Below are positions 1 to 15,176 of a stretch of DNA of 64,000 nucleotides, piece after piece. A model generated the notes under the pieces. The model saw only the letters and a list, made by a program, of their open reading frames with translations. It had not been told where the DNA came from and searched no databases. The DNA comes from Octopus vulgaris (Eukaryota). Each line of letters opens with the position of its first letter. Within the stretch, counting starts at the first letter, position 1. The translations under genes were made by a program, and so were the position numbers. The stretch lies in assembly GCA_951406725.2 (NCBI GenBank), contig OX597822.1:6510001-6574000 (forward strand), given 5' to 3'.

Positions 1-259
<259 letters not shown>

Positions 260-267
260 CATTTATA

Positions 268-441
268 GGCGCAGGAGTGGCTGTATGGTAAGTGGCTTCT
301 TTACCAACAACATTGTTTCGGGTTCAGTCCCACTACGTGGAACTTTGGGCACTCGGCACTCGGGCCGACCTCAGCCTTGATAGACGGAAACTGAAAGAAG
401 CCCGTCGTATATATAAATATATATATATATTTGCATATATG

Positions 442-475
<34 letters not shown>

Positions 476-485
476 TGTATGTATG

Positions 486-535
<50 letters not shown>

Positions 536-766
536 TGCATTCGTACATGCGTGTATATATATATATATACATATAAATATATATACATGTACGAATGTGT
601 CTGTGTATGTGTTTGTCCCCCGCAACTTTGCTTGATAACCGATGGTGGTGTGTTTACGTCCCCATTGCAAAACCGTAACATAGCGGTTCGGTAAAAGAGA
701 CTGATAGAATATGTACTAGGCTTAAAAAGAATAAGGCCGCAGTCAAATGAGTGAAACAAGTAAAAA
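268..766 (+). mobile_element. tRNA-derived SINE, family A (internal microsatellite), with internal deletions
   Basis: Head GGCGCAGGAGTGGCTGTATGG..GGTTCAGTCCC (Pol III A/B-box-like), expanded internal TA/ATGT tract, 3' GCCGCAGTCAAATGAGTGAAACAAGTAAAA; homologous to 10734, 16797 and 38719 copies. Confidence 0.9.
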
Positions 767-3190
<2,424 letters not shown>

Positions 3191-3982
3191 CTTCCATGTG
3201 CAAGTCTTTGTGCGTATCAGTATAAAGAAATATTATTTTTAGAATTTTCTCAAATTGCTAAATATGTAAAGAAAGAAGAAAATATGGTCGAAGTTTTTAT
3301 CTGATTCTAAAGAAAGTTAGAAATAATATTTTCTTGTTTTTGCTTCTAACAATTCATTTGGAAATTCGCCATCTTTATGCGAAGTATAGTCTTTTATTTT
3401 TATCTTACATCCTACCTCATATATATTGAATCAGAATTACAAATGATCTGCTATACCTTGACACATATATGTTGTAGACTGTATCCTGCAATTATTTATT
3501 TTAATTAATAAAATGTACATTATCACAGCCTGCACGGCACATTATTATATAAATTCTACGGAAAAGATTTCCTAAAAGAACGAGAAAGAATTTCTTATTA
3601 ATGCTCATGATAATTATTTCCATAAGTATTACGTGAGTTCGGCGATGTTACGATCATACAAATATATGGTATTCGGAATGTAAATCAGGCGACAGCGGAT
3701 GATGCACAAAATATATTAAATGGAGCCAGTTGCATATATACAAACGCACATGGAGACCCACAGTGGATATATATACTTTATAACCGTGTCTTTGCTTGTT
3801 ACTCTCCGGTGGTTTGTTTTAAAAATTATGCGTTGTGTACGTCAATAGCACAATAGAGGCTGCTAGGTTATGTCTGGTCTTTTCAAGAGCTTGTTATGGA
3901 GTTATATATACGCTTTATTATCGCGTGCTTTATAAATACTTATATTTTAGCGTTTAACGTAATCAGATTGGCGTGACAAACT

Positions 3983-4099
<117 letters not shown>

Positions 4100-4124
4100 G
4101 TATGTATATGCATATATATATATG

Positions 4125-4163
<39 letters not shown>

Positions 4164-4164
<1 letters not shown>

Positions 4165-4467
4165 GAGGCGCAATGGCCTAGTGGTTAGGGCAGCGGACTT
4201 GCGGTCGTAGGATCGCGGTTTCGATTCCCAGACCGGGCGTTCTGTGTGTTTATTGAGCGAAAACACATAAAAGCTCCACGAGGCTCCGGCAGGAGGTGGT
4301 GATCCCTGCTGTACTCCTTCACCACTCTTTCTCTCACTCTTTCTTCAGTTGGCCTGCTCGCTTAGCCAGCGGGGTGGCGTCATTCGAAGGCTAAAACAAT
4401 GCGAACGCATTGTGACCAGCGATGTGTATCAACATCTGATGGTCTGGTCGGTCACGTGATCACGTGA
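4164..4467 (+). mobile_element. tRNA(Arg)-like SINE, family B (resembles octopus OR1 type)
   Basis: GGAGGCGCAATGGCCTAGTGG (A box), GTTTCGATTCC (B box); head and body shared with 5102; ends in CACGTGAT repeats. Confidence 0.85.
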
Positions 4468-4640
4468 TATATATACGTATATATATGATTCATTGACTGA
4501 CGAGGAAAACTCAGCTGTCAATATTGAGCGTAACATGTTTTTGTCTATATTCCCCGACCGTGAATTTTTCCTCTAATTTTCGGTTTGTTCGGCTTTTGTC
4601 TAACTGTTGTGATCTGCCTGTTGAACCCCTGATACATATA

Positions 4641-4696
<56 letters not shown>

Positions 4697-4697
4697 A

Positions 4698-4980
4698 ATG
4701 GACTTTAACGCAGGTGTAAATCAAATATTTTTACTTTGGACACACGTTTCGAAAATTCCACTGATACTATTCAAAAGAATAAATGGTACAAACAATGCAA
4801 TCTTCTCTTCAGGAAAGTGAAAAAAACGAAACTCATCAAAACTCTTTTGAATAGTATCAGTGGAATTTTCGAAACATGTGTCGAAAGTAAAAATATTTTA
4901 TTTAACTTACCTTAACTATTCCCATGTTAGCCACTTGATATGATCGGTATTTAAAGAAACAATATTATCCTTATTAATAT
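4698..4980. mobile_element. Short fold-back element, probably derived from a Penelope-like pseudo-LTR, between (TA)n tracts
   Basis: ~65-bp inverted arms (about 4713-4778 and 4843-4911); contains a hammerhead motif; left end is homologous to 63945-64000. Confidence 0.7.
4733..4818 (-). ncRNA. Type I hammerhead ribozyme motif (minimal helix III, long helix II)
   Basis: Minus strand reads ACTTTC-CTGAAGA-[GAAGATTGCATTG / CAGTGGAATTTTC helix II]-GAAA-C-GTGT-G-TC^CAAAGT. All core nucleotides are present; the first helix I pair is a C-C mismatch in this copy. Confidence 0.72.
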
Positions 4981-4996
4981 AAATTTATATATATAC

Positions 4997-5055
<59 letters not shown>

Positions 5056-5101
5056 GCGTATGTGCCTGTATGTATTTATATGTTTATATGTATGTATGTT
5101 T

Positions 5102-5396
5102 GGAGGTGCAATGGCCCAGTGGTTGGGGCAGCGGATTCGCGGTCGGAGGATCGCGGTTTCGATTTGCAGACCAGGCGTTGTATGTGTTTATTAAGTGAAA
5201 ACACCTAAAGCTTCATGAGCCTCCGGCAGGGGAGGGTGCGATCCCCGTTGAACTCTTTCGCCCCAACTTTCTCTCACTCTTTCTTCCTGTTTTTTGGCGT
5301 CCCATCCAGCTGGGGTAAAGACATACGCCACAGAAACGGGGAAACCGGGCCCATGAGCCTGGCTAGGCTTGAAAAGGGCACATAAAAAAAAAAAAA
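5102..5396 (+). mobile_element. tRNA-derived SINE, family B head with a different 3' module
   Basis: Aligns with the 4164 copy for ~185 bp, then CCCATCCAGCTGGGG..CAGAAACGGGGAAACCGGG and a poly-A. Confidence 0.82.
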
Positions 5397-5659
5397 TGAT
5401 TTATTATATATTTATAACAACCATACCAATAAACATCTTAAAGCAAATATGTAAATTTATTCTTGAAATTATATCTGCTCTTTCTTCACGTCCTTTCATT
5501 TCTACATCTTCTCACGGCATTGCATAACATAAATACTTTGTTGTGTTGGAGTCAATTGCATTACCAACGTGTATACTACATATTTTCCGTATAATACTGC
5601 ACACCATAACCTTGAACCTATAAAAGTCCAAAAGCTACTTATGATTTTTACGTTTATCA

Positions 5660-5860
5660 CTCGAATTATCTCTACTGAGGGCACAAAGCCTGAAATTTTA
5701 GTGGAGGCAGCTACATCTTCCCCAAATATATGATTGGTGCGTATATATCGACTCCGAAAGGCAAGGTCGACCTCAACAAAGTTCGAACTTAGAACGTAAC
5801 ACCGGAAGAAATGCGGCAAATGCTTTTGTCCGGATTGATCATTATTCTGCCAGTTCCCTT
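5660..5860 (-). mobile_element. Degenerate SINE, family D (Meta-domain-like)
   Basis: CGACTCCGAAAGGCAAGGTCGACCTC..GAACTTAGAACGTAA matches the reverse complement of the 24224 copy. Confidence 0.7.
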
Positions 5861-5869
5861 ACTTGATAA

Positions 5870-6259
5870 TCTCTCTATATATAAAGCTGAAGTTGTCTGT
5901 GTATGGCAGGTTTGGTAGCCTTCAACTAACACTCCTCCGAGACCCTGCAGCGCAAGTTGACCAAAATTGAGAGTATGACAGAAGAAGGCTTGCTCGTCCT
6001 TCCGTAGAAGAAAACATTCAAATCGGACCATGTTAACACCAAAAATTATTTACACCAAAAAAGGTGATTTTTTTTTAAGAAAATCCCTGTCTTTTACGAT
6101 TTTTTGACTGCTGAGTCGCCAGTTTTCGATGTATTTTTAACTACAAAAATGTTCACTTAAAGAGAATAACAAGCTAGATAATGCAAAAGTTTTACTTTTC
6201 AAAAATTCCAATTCTAAACGGTCGAAACAAACCCTAGCAACGCCGGGCGATACTGCTAG
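5870..6259 (+). mobile_element. Non-autonomous Helitron, both termini present
   Basis: 5' A|TCTCTCTATATATAAAG, 3' CCCTAGCAACGCCGGG hairpin followed by CTAG|T; inserted between A and T with no TSD. Confidence 0.8.
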
Positions 6260-7535
6260 TACAATAATATAAGACAGTAATGATTATCTTTAATGATGAC
6301 CTCTACTTGTTCCTATCATCGTATTTTACACATGTGTCCTTCTCCCTATCATTTCACAAAACTTATATCATACCTAGAGGCTAATGACAAGGCAACAATA
6401 CTTTCTATCTTTTATTTCTTTTTTGTTTTTAAATAATAACGTGTCATCTTAATTTACAATTAAAATTTTCGGTCTACAATCATCTCTCAAATTAGGGTTA
6501 TAAACTGAAACTTTGTTTCAATGTCTTAATTATGTAAATCGTTATTGATCTGATAATATCAGAGGTATACTTTCTGAATTTGTATAATACTGCAATTAAA
6601 CTACCGTTTTTGTTACGTTGATAATAACAATAATTATATCAACATTGATGATGATGAAGATGATAACAACAACAACAACAACAATAATAATGATAATAAT
6701 AATACTACTACTACTACTACTACTAATAATAATAATAATAATAATAAAATAACAATAATAATAAAAATAATAAAATAACAATAATAATAAATGATAATAA
6801 TATCGCTATGAATAACACGAAATATGATATCAATATTAATAATAATACCATATATATCAATATAAAATTTTACAATCTTATTAACTTTTTAAAATTTAAG
6901 CATTTCCAAATGAATCTATTTCTCATCAAGTAAAAATTATGCGTTTAAAAATATATTATAATATAACTTATATAGTAATATATTATAATTTATATAATTA
7001 TGTAAAATGCATAGGCGTCATAAATCCTCAGTTTGGATGGTGAAAATGGGCAACAACTAAATATAAACTTGCCAATCTTTCCATTTACTTATAGATTTTT
7101 TAAACAATTTTCTATCTAATATTACTTACTAGATGACGATCATTACGTTGATTATAATGGCGATAACAAAGGCCATGATAATGAAAGCTACAAACTTTGA
7201 ACAAGTGTTTCACTAATTTATGTATTTTGCAACTTATATTTTTACAGTTATTTCCCTCATTTCGTTCGCATTTCATTCCTTTTCTTCCCGCCCCTTCATG
7301 TTCTATCGCCTCATCTTTTATAAATTATATATAATTCATTGGCTTCCGTATGTTTCTCACTGTATTTCTTAGCCTAAACAATTTTCTCTTACCTCTATGC
7401 TTACCTAAATGCCTACCAGACTAGCGCCATTGCAAATTGAGGGAATACAATACAATTTCCAACAAGCATGCACACACACATACACACACACACATGCATA
7501 TCACGCATACTTACATACATACATACATACACACG

Positions 7536-7567
<32 letters not shown>

Positions 7568-7619
7568 CACACACATATATATATATATTTTATATATGTA
7601 TATTGTGCGCTATCCCGTG

Positions 7620-9310
7620 ACACTCCACCTGCATCTAATGAGGAAGACTGCTTCACCGACCTGGGCCGCCAGGCATCCCAGTGGTCGCCAGTTTGTGGCT
7701 AGTGCCAAGCAGTTGATCTTTTTGCGGGCACCTGCCAGCATGCTGTGGACTAGTTTGACTTTTCCAAGCGACCTAGACATCTGAACATCTTCTCAACCGA
7801 ACTCTCAACCCTTCCATGTCTCCGACGCCGCACGGACACCGTCATAAAACTGGCCAAAGGGGGAGCCGTGGTGGTGTGGCACACGAACAACTACAAGACG
7901 GAAGCTCTCCGCCAACTTCAACACACCTCCTTCTCTGCCCTCGAACCCCACGCCAAGCTACCAAGCGACTGTGTCCTCCACTATCCTTGTCCTCATCTCC
8001 CAGTTCCGTCTCCGCCACCGCCTCTAGCCTCATGGTTCGCACCCCTTGCACTTCCACAATTTACTTCCCTCCCAAAATCCAAAAACCTAACAACCCTGGC
8101 CGCCCCGTCGTCTCTGCTTGCAACTGCCCCACCGAACACATATCCAGATATCTTGATCGTCTCCTTGTCCCTCTGGTGGCTTCCTTTGCCTATCACTTTC
8201 ATGATACCAACCATCAGTTCAACTCATTCTCCTTCCGTCCTGGCCCCTCTAAACTTCTCTTCACTCTTGACATCAAGAGTCTATATTCGGTGATCCCACA
8301 CCACGAGGAGCTGCGTGCACTTGAATATTTCCTTGACCTTCGACTCAACCCCCCAATCTAATACATCCCCACGCCCTCGTCTGGTCGAACTTGTCCTCTC
8401 ACTTAACTGCTTCTTTTTCGCGTGCGATTTTTACAGCAGATCACGGGAGTGGCCATGGAAATGAGAATGGGCCCCAACTATGCGAACCTGTTCGTTGGCT
8501 ACATTGAGGCCCAAATATTCTCAAGTTTCCCTGGTCCCACTCCTGAACTATACGCTCGTTGTATTGACGCCTGTATCGGTGCGACCTGACTCTCCCGATA
8601 ACATCTAGACACTTTCCTCTCTTTTGTGAAATCTTTCCATCCTGCCCTCGAATTCTCCTCCACTATTTCCAATACTTCCATCGCCTTTCTCGACATTTCG
8701 GTCAGCATTCATCACTCCACTCTCACCACCTCCATCCACTACAAACACACAGACTAACACTCATACCTCAACTTCTCCTCCTCCCACACTAAACACACCA
8801 AGCTCTCCATTCACTATTCCCAACTCATGACTCGCGACTTCACCCTACGTGGATATCCTCTCACCACCATCCACACCGCCCTTGCCATTGGTCCACAGGT
8901 TCTTCCCTAACCCAACCTCCCAACTCAACTCGTTCCCTTGCTCCTGCCCACGCTGCCGCACGTGACCTTTCACTCTAATACCATCTCCTCACAGGCATTC
9001 ATCATCGACTCTATCATATCACAGACTCCTTCACCTGCACTTCTAGCAACGTCATCTATTGCATCTCCTGCTCTCTCTGCCCTTCTCTATACATCGGTCA
9101 AATGGAACGCAGCTTGGCTGACCGGTTCGCGGCACACCCCCAAGACATCCGACTAGGCAACGACCCCCGGTCTCGCGCCATTTTCGCCCTATCGGTCACT
9201 CTTTACAACACCTGTATGTGTTCGGATTGTCCTTGCACAGGGGTGATCCGGACTCCCATCTTCACCGTGAGCATGGATTAATCTTCTCTCTTCTCTCCTT
9301 TGCGCCATAT
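7620..9310 (+). mobile_element. Penelope-like retroelement (RT + GIY-YIG), frameshifted
   Basis: KGGAVVVW; PKIQKPNNPGRPVVSAC; LFTLDIKSLYSVIPH; GVAMEMRMGPNYANLF; YARCID; C-terminal SNV(I)YCISCSLCP..YIGQ across frames. Confidence 0.9.
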
Positions 9311-9639
9311 ATCCTCCCCTCTTCATCAAAATCTCCTCCTCTCATCATCAAACTCTCCTTCCCTCTTCATCAAACCTTCCTCCCCCTCTCTCCTCTCTTT
9401 GTCTCACACCTACTTACTCCCAGCCACCTCTCCTCTCTTGCTCTGGCACCTAATTCCTCTCTTCACTACTACCCAACTTCTCTCTTCCACCCTCTCCCTT
9501 CATCGTTACCCCTCCTCATTACCCCACCCCTACACATTCCAACTTCACCATCCCTGTACATCCCTTAGATCCGACCCTTGCTTCCTCCACTCTCGCCTCC
9601 CCCACGCCAACACCACCACACCACACACCAATACACATG

Positions 9640-10581
9640 CGCGGAAAATGGCGAAATTTTACGCTTTGGGGCAGATTTTGTGAAATTGATGTCACGACGG
9701 TTTTGATTGATTGATTGATTCTAGTATCAGCTTATGAGCTGTGGCCATGCTGGGGCACCGCAATTTAGTGTGCAAAATATTTAAATTTTGTTTGAGAAAT
9801 AAAATGCTCTTAACTAATCAAAATTTGAAACGTTGGGGAATTAAAACAAGGAAATGAAATAATAAGTTTTAGCAAATCAATGCAATTCGCAATAAAATGC
9901 AGAACTAGCAAATGCTAACTAAATTACCGTTAATGAGATGTCTGTTGATAGACATGAAACATTTTCGTCAAATTTCGACATTTTTCAAAAATTTTAAATC
10001 TATATTAATGGGACCAGTTTGGCGAATAAAATGAGCAGAGTCTGGTAGCGAACCCGCGGCGCCGTCAGTTTTCTGATGTCCATAAAATGGCAAAATTTTA
10101 CGCTTTGTGATAGATTTCGTGAAATCGATGTCACGAAGGGTAGTGTGCAAAATACCTAAATTTTGCTGGAGAAGTAAAATGCTCTTAGCTAATCAAAACC
10201 TGTGCAATTAAAACAACGAATTGAAATAATAAGTTTTAGCAAATCAAAACAATTCGCATTGAAATGAAGAATTAGAAAATGCTAAATAGATTACCGTTAA
10301 AAAGCTATCTGCTTGTACCCATGAAGCATTTTTCATCAAATTTCGGCATTTTTCGTCGAATTGATGTCACAATAGCTAGTGCGAAAAATGCCGAAATTTT
10401 ACGATATTCAAAAAATCGATGCTAATTAAAAATCGATTCATTTAAAACTCCAAATACGTAAGTGATTGCATGGACATAAGCCCGACGCATGTTCAAGTTT
10501 CATTAAGGTCTGTTGGATAGTCTCGGAAGAGTTAAAGTAACAAATTCACAAACACACAACCTTGCCATTTATCATTATAGA
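9640..10581 (-). mobile_element. Helitron-like non-autonomous element with internal ~270-bp direct repeat
   Basis: Right end ..CTTGCCATTTATCATTATAGA|T equals minus-strand A|TCTATAATG 5' terminus; 9645-9985 is repeated at 10084-10353. No 3' CTAG found. Confidence 0.55.
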
Positions 10582-10637
10582 TATTTATGTATGTATGTAT
10601 GTATGTATGTATGTATGTATGTATGTATGTATGTATG

Positions 10638-10671
<34 letters not shown>

Positions 10672-10733
10672 TGTATGTATGTATGTATGTATGTATGTAT
10701 GTATGCATGTATGTATGCATGTATGTATGTATA

Positions 10734-11156
10734 GGCGCATGAGTGGCTGTGTGGTAAGTAGCTTGTTAACCAACCACATGGTTCCGGGTTCAGTCCCACT
10801 GCGTGGCATCTTGGGCAAATGTCTTCTGCTATAGCCCCCGGCTGACCAATGCCTTGTGAGTGGATTTGGTAGACGGAAACTGAAAAGAAGCCTGTCGTAT
10901 ATATGTATATATATAAGTGTGTGTGTATATGTTTGTGTGTCTGTGTTTGTCCCCCTAGCATTGCTTGACAACCGATGCTGGTGTGTTTACGTTCCCGTCA
11001 CCTAGCGGTTCGGCAAAAGAGACCGATAGAATTAGAACTGGGCTTACAAAGAATAAGTCCCGGAGTCGATTTGCTCGACTAAAGGCGGTGCTCCAGCATG
11101 GCCGCAGTCAAATGACTGAAACAAGTAAAAGAGTAAAAGAGTAAAGAGAGTAAAGA
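10734..11156 (+). mobile_element. tRNA-derived SINE, family A, full length
   Basis: Complete head; 3' GGCGGTGCTCCAGCATGGCCGCAGTCAAATGACTGAAACAAG with (TAAAAGAG)n tail. Confidence 0.93.
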
Positions 11157-11445
11157 TTATGTATGTATGTATGTATATCCCAATATTCTACACTCACACT
11201 TCGTTGCAGTGTCCCCTTCCACCTTCGTTGCGGCTGTAGCCTTACTCTTCAGTCATTAGCATGTTTTTCGGCACGTATCTTTCAATGTCTACATTCAATC
11301 TCACCTTCCATCGAGATATGCAGTGTCGCATCCGGCTGCAGTAATTCAGCGTCAGATGAATTGACTCAGTTATGACAGATGGCTACAGAATGATATTAAT
11401 CTTACCAAAACTGTTTATACCTTGTGTTTGATGTATTCGTGATGA

Positions 11446-11774
11446 GTGAAGGCGTGTGGCTTAGTGGTTAGGGCACTCGGCTCACGATTGTAAGGTCGTG
11501 AGTTCGATTCCAAGCGACGCGTTGTGTCCTTGAGCGAGACACTTTATTTCATGTTGCTCCAGTCCACTCAGCTGGCAAAAATGAGTTGTACCTGTATTTC
11601 AAAGGGCCGGCCTTGTCACACTGTGTGTCACGCTGAATCTCCCTGGGAACTACGTTAAGGGTACACGTATCTGTGGAGTGCTCAGCCACTTGCACATTAA
11701 TTTCACGAGCAGGCTGTTCCGTTGATCGTATCAGCTGGGACCCTCGTCGTCGTAACCGACGGAGTGCTCCTTTA
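11446..11774 (+). mobile_element. tRNA(Arg)-like SINE, family C (resembles OR2/CORE type), with 11-bp TSD
   Basis: TGGCTTAGTGG A box, GAGTTCGATTCC B box, TGTGTCCTTGAGCGAGACACTT core; flanked by ATTCGTGATGA at 11435-11445 and 11775-11785. Confidence 0.9.
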
Positions 11775-11809
11775 ATTCGTGATGAAGGACATTTCGCTCA
11801 ATATCGTTT

Positions 11810-11988
11810 TCAAATTTTGGCACACCGCTAAAAGTTTGGAAGGAGGAGTTAAGTCGATTACATCAACCCCAGGAATCAACTGGTACTTATCTAAACGACC
11901 CCGAAAGGCGGAATATGAACTCAGAACATAAAGTCAGACGCAATACAACAAAGAATTCTGCTCGGCATTTCTGCTAGCTTTCCGCCTT
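11810..11988 (-). mobile_element. Degenerate family D SINE
   Basis: AAGTCGATTACATCAACCCC..TGGTACTTA..CGACCCCGAAAGG..GAACTCAGAAC. Confidence 0.7.
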
Positions 11989-13062
11989 ACATTTCACTAA
12001 ATATTAACATTAAAAAGAATATGCTCATTCCTTTACTGCTTGTCAAGTTTTTTCTATTCTAAATTAGAAAGTATTTAGACCAGAAGATCTACAAACTCTC
12101 TAAAAATGAAATTCACAGGAAATCGAGAATAGATCAGTATACTCACAATTAAAATGCGAAAACATCATAGACTGTGTCCAAAAGTAGGGCAACTGTCTGA
12201 ATGGTATCATTCATTTGTCACTACACAATACTTAGCAGTGTCTAACTTAGAAGGTTACTTTCAAATCATTGCTATTCAAAGAACCACCCCGCCAGAATTA
12301 GGTAGTCGTCAACCGCTTCTACGAAAGAAGGCTCAATTTTTCTCTCTCATATTCTATCTCTTTTAACGTTTAACATTTTCTGTTCATACCTGCACTTTCT
12401 GTAGGAACCTTTTTTTCTCAGCATTAACACATCAAAATACCAACTTTCTGGAATACGATTCTTAATTTTTCTCTGTCACAGTCATCGCTATAAACCTACA
12501 GAAGCTGACCATTTCTTGTACCAATCAAACCAGAACAAGTAAAGGACAGAGAGATTGATCATTCCTCCTGATCGAACTCATAAAATAACAAATAAATAAA
12601 TAAATAAATAATTAAATAAATAAAATGTGCAATTACGATGTAGACATGAAATTATACTTAGAAATGATATACCTTAATTTTCTACTGATTTCTTGGAACT
12701 TTTATTAGTGATGGCGTTAAAATGTTGAAGGGGAACTAAATATTCTTTCAGCAGTATATAATAAACTATAATTTTCAGTGATCTTCACGCTGTTTAACTA
12801 TATTTTAATATCTTTTACATATATCGCCTGTGTCTAGGGTGCGGTATATAAGAATTGTATATAAGTATCCTGTGTGTACATAAGAATTCTGCATATTCAA
12901 ACGTGTTTATATTTATTTATTTCCTATACGGCTGCTCACGTTCACACCATCACATTAGCATACATTCATTCATACGCTCAACAAATGACACTCTTTTCAT
13001 ACATATATACATACATACATACATACATACAAACATACATACATACATACATAAATCCATAC

Positions 13063-13139
<77 letters not shown>

Positions 13140-13212
13140 TAGCTGTATATCTGTGTGTATATATATATCTATATGTGTGTGTGTATGCATGTATGAATGT
13201 GTGCGCGTAGTG

Positions 13213-13331
<119 letters not shown>

Positions 13332-13949
13332 GTAAATGTATATATCGCAGAATTCTTTGTGTACATATTCGCAAAAATACATACTCGCGCAGAATTTTAA
13401 ACATGTTGACATACATGCATATGTGTGTGTGTGCGTGTATGTAAGTATGTATGTATGTATGCATGTGGGTGTGTATGCTTCTGTGCGACTGTGATGATAT
13501 GTTTCTATGTACGTATATGTGCGTATATCTTACTCCAACGCACACAGAAATACCGAACGAAACGTCGTCCATATTTAGATATGTAGACTATTCTGACCCC
13601 AATAAAACAAGTGGAATCTCTAATTCCAACCAAGTTCAAAAGACATTATTTTATTTCATCTTTTTTTTCTATTATTTTTATAGTATTTTTGTGTCTTTGT
13701 TCTTCATCATGAATAATTCATGTCCAATAAATATTCATAATACTACAAGCAAACGGATCTAAACCGATACATCAGTAACAACACGAATAACAATATCACT
13801 ATCATCATCATAAAATCATCATCGTCGTTATCACCATGGTTATCATCATAATTTGCCCCCCGTCCACGCAAATACACGGTAACTATCTGTAATAATATCA
13901 GTAAAGACATTTCTATATGTTCGCTTTATTTCTTTGCTATGACTTGTAC

Positions 13950-14005
<56 letters not shown>

Positions 14006-14114
14006 ATGTATACAGAGACACACTTACACACACACACACCACACGCACATGCATATATTCACATATATATATTTCTACCCGTGCGGAATAATATAAATTT
14101 GTTTTCTCTCTGTC

Positions 14115-14182
<68 letters not shown>

Positions 14183-15052
14183 GTGTGTGTGCATATATAT
14201 ATATGTATACATATATATATATATATATATATATATGCATGTATATATATATATACATATATATATGTATACACATATATATATGTATATATATATATAT
14301 ATGTATATGTATACATATATATATATATATATGCATGTATATATATATACATATATATGTATACACATATATATATGTATATATATGTATATGTATACAT
14401 ATATATATATGTATATACATATGTATATATATGTATATACATATGTATATATATGTATATACATATGTATATGTGTGTGTGTGCATTTTATATATATCAT
14501 ATATATATATATATATATATATTCATGCACACATATTGAGAGAAAGTAGAGGTAACGGGAGTGATGGTGAGAGGGAGAGAAAAGAAGCGAAAAGGGAGGG
14601 AAGGGAGACAGAGGGAGAGAGAGAGGGATAGAGAAAGGAGAGCGATAATGTGTGAAAAAGCGATAAAGTATCAGTGCACGCTAATGAGAGAATTAACGAA
14701 TAAAGTACTAAATTATTAAAACGTAAAACAGAACAAACGGTAAAATGATAATTATCCTAACAAGAAAAATATTATAATAACAATAATAAAATAATAACAA
14801 TCACAACAATAAGATAAAGGAACGTTATAATTATAACCAGTAACAGGGAAGGTGTGTAATCGGTTCAATGGAAATAGAAAAAATGTAGTAAGGATAAAAT
14901 ATTCCATTGCACTCATTTGACTGACACTATGAATGATGAGGTGTCTAACTGAAAGTAAATTTTGCTGTACTTTTAATATTGTCCCAGAACTATAACTTTA
15001 TAAGGATTATGTAACACAATCGTAACCAGGATTTTGCTGGTAGTTGTTTTAC

Positions 15053-15176
15053 CAACTCTGGAAATGTCCATTGAAATGATCACTCGTGTGACATTTGAAT
15101 TCACAGCGCTTAGTAAGATATTCACAATCATGAGACAATTTGTCTTGGCACTCTTCTGACTCCTTTGGGCATTGGA
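15053..15176 (-). CDS. Candidate isolated exon, Cys-rich EGF-like peptide (unverified)
   Basis: TATTTTAG| acceptor and |GTAAAA donor bracket an open frame QCPKESEECQDKLSHDCEYLTKRCEFKCHTSDHFNGHFQS in non-repetitive DNA; no partner exons found. Confidence 0.25.

Noticed and set aside
4164-4240. tRNA-like sequences at SINE heads (also 268, 5102, 11446, 24224)
   Set aside because: Acceptor stems do not close and each continues into a multicopy SINE body; not tRNA genes.
11304-11381. Minus-strand AG/GT-bounded 78-nt open segment (PSVITESIHLTLNYCSRMRHCISRWK)
   Set aside because: No recognisable homology or partner exon; expected by chance.
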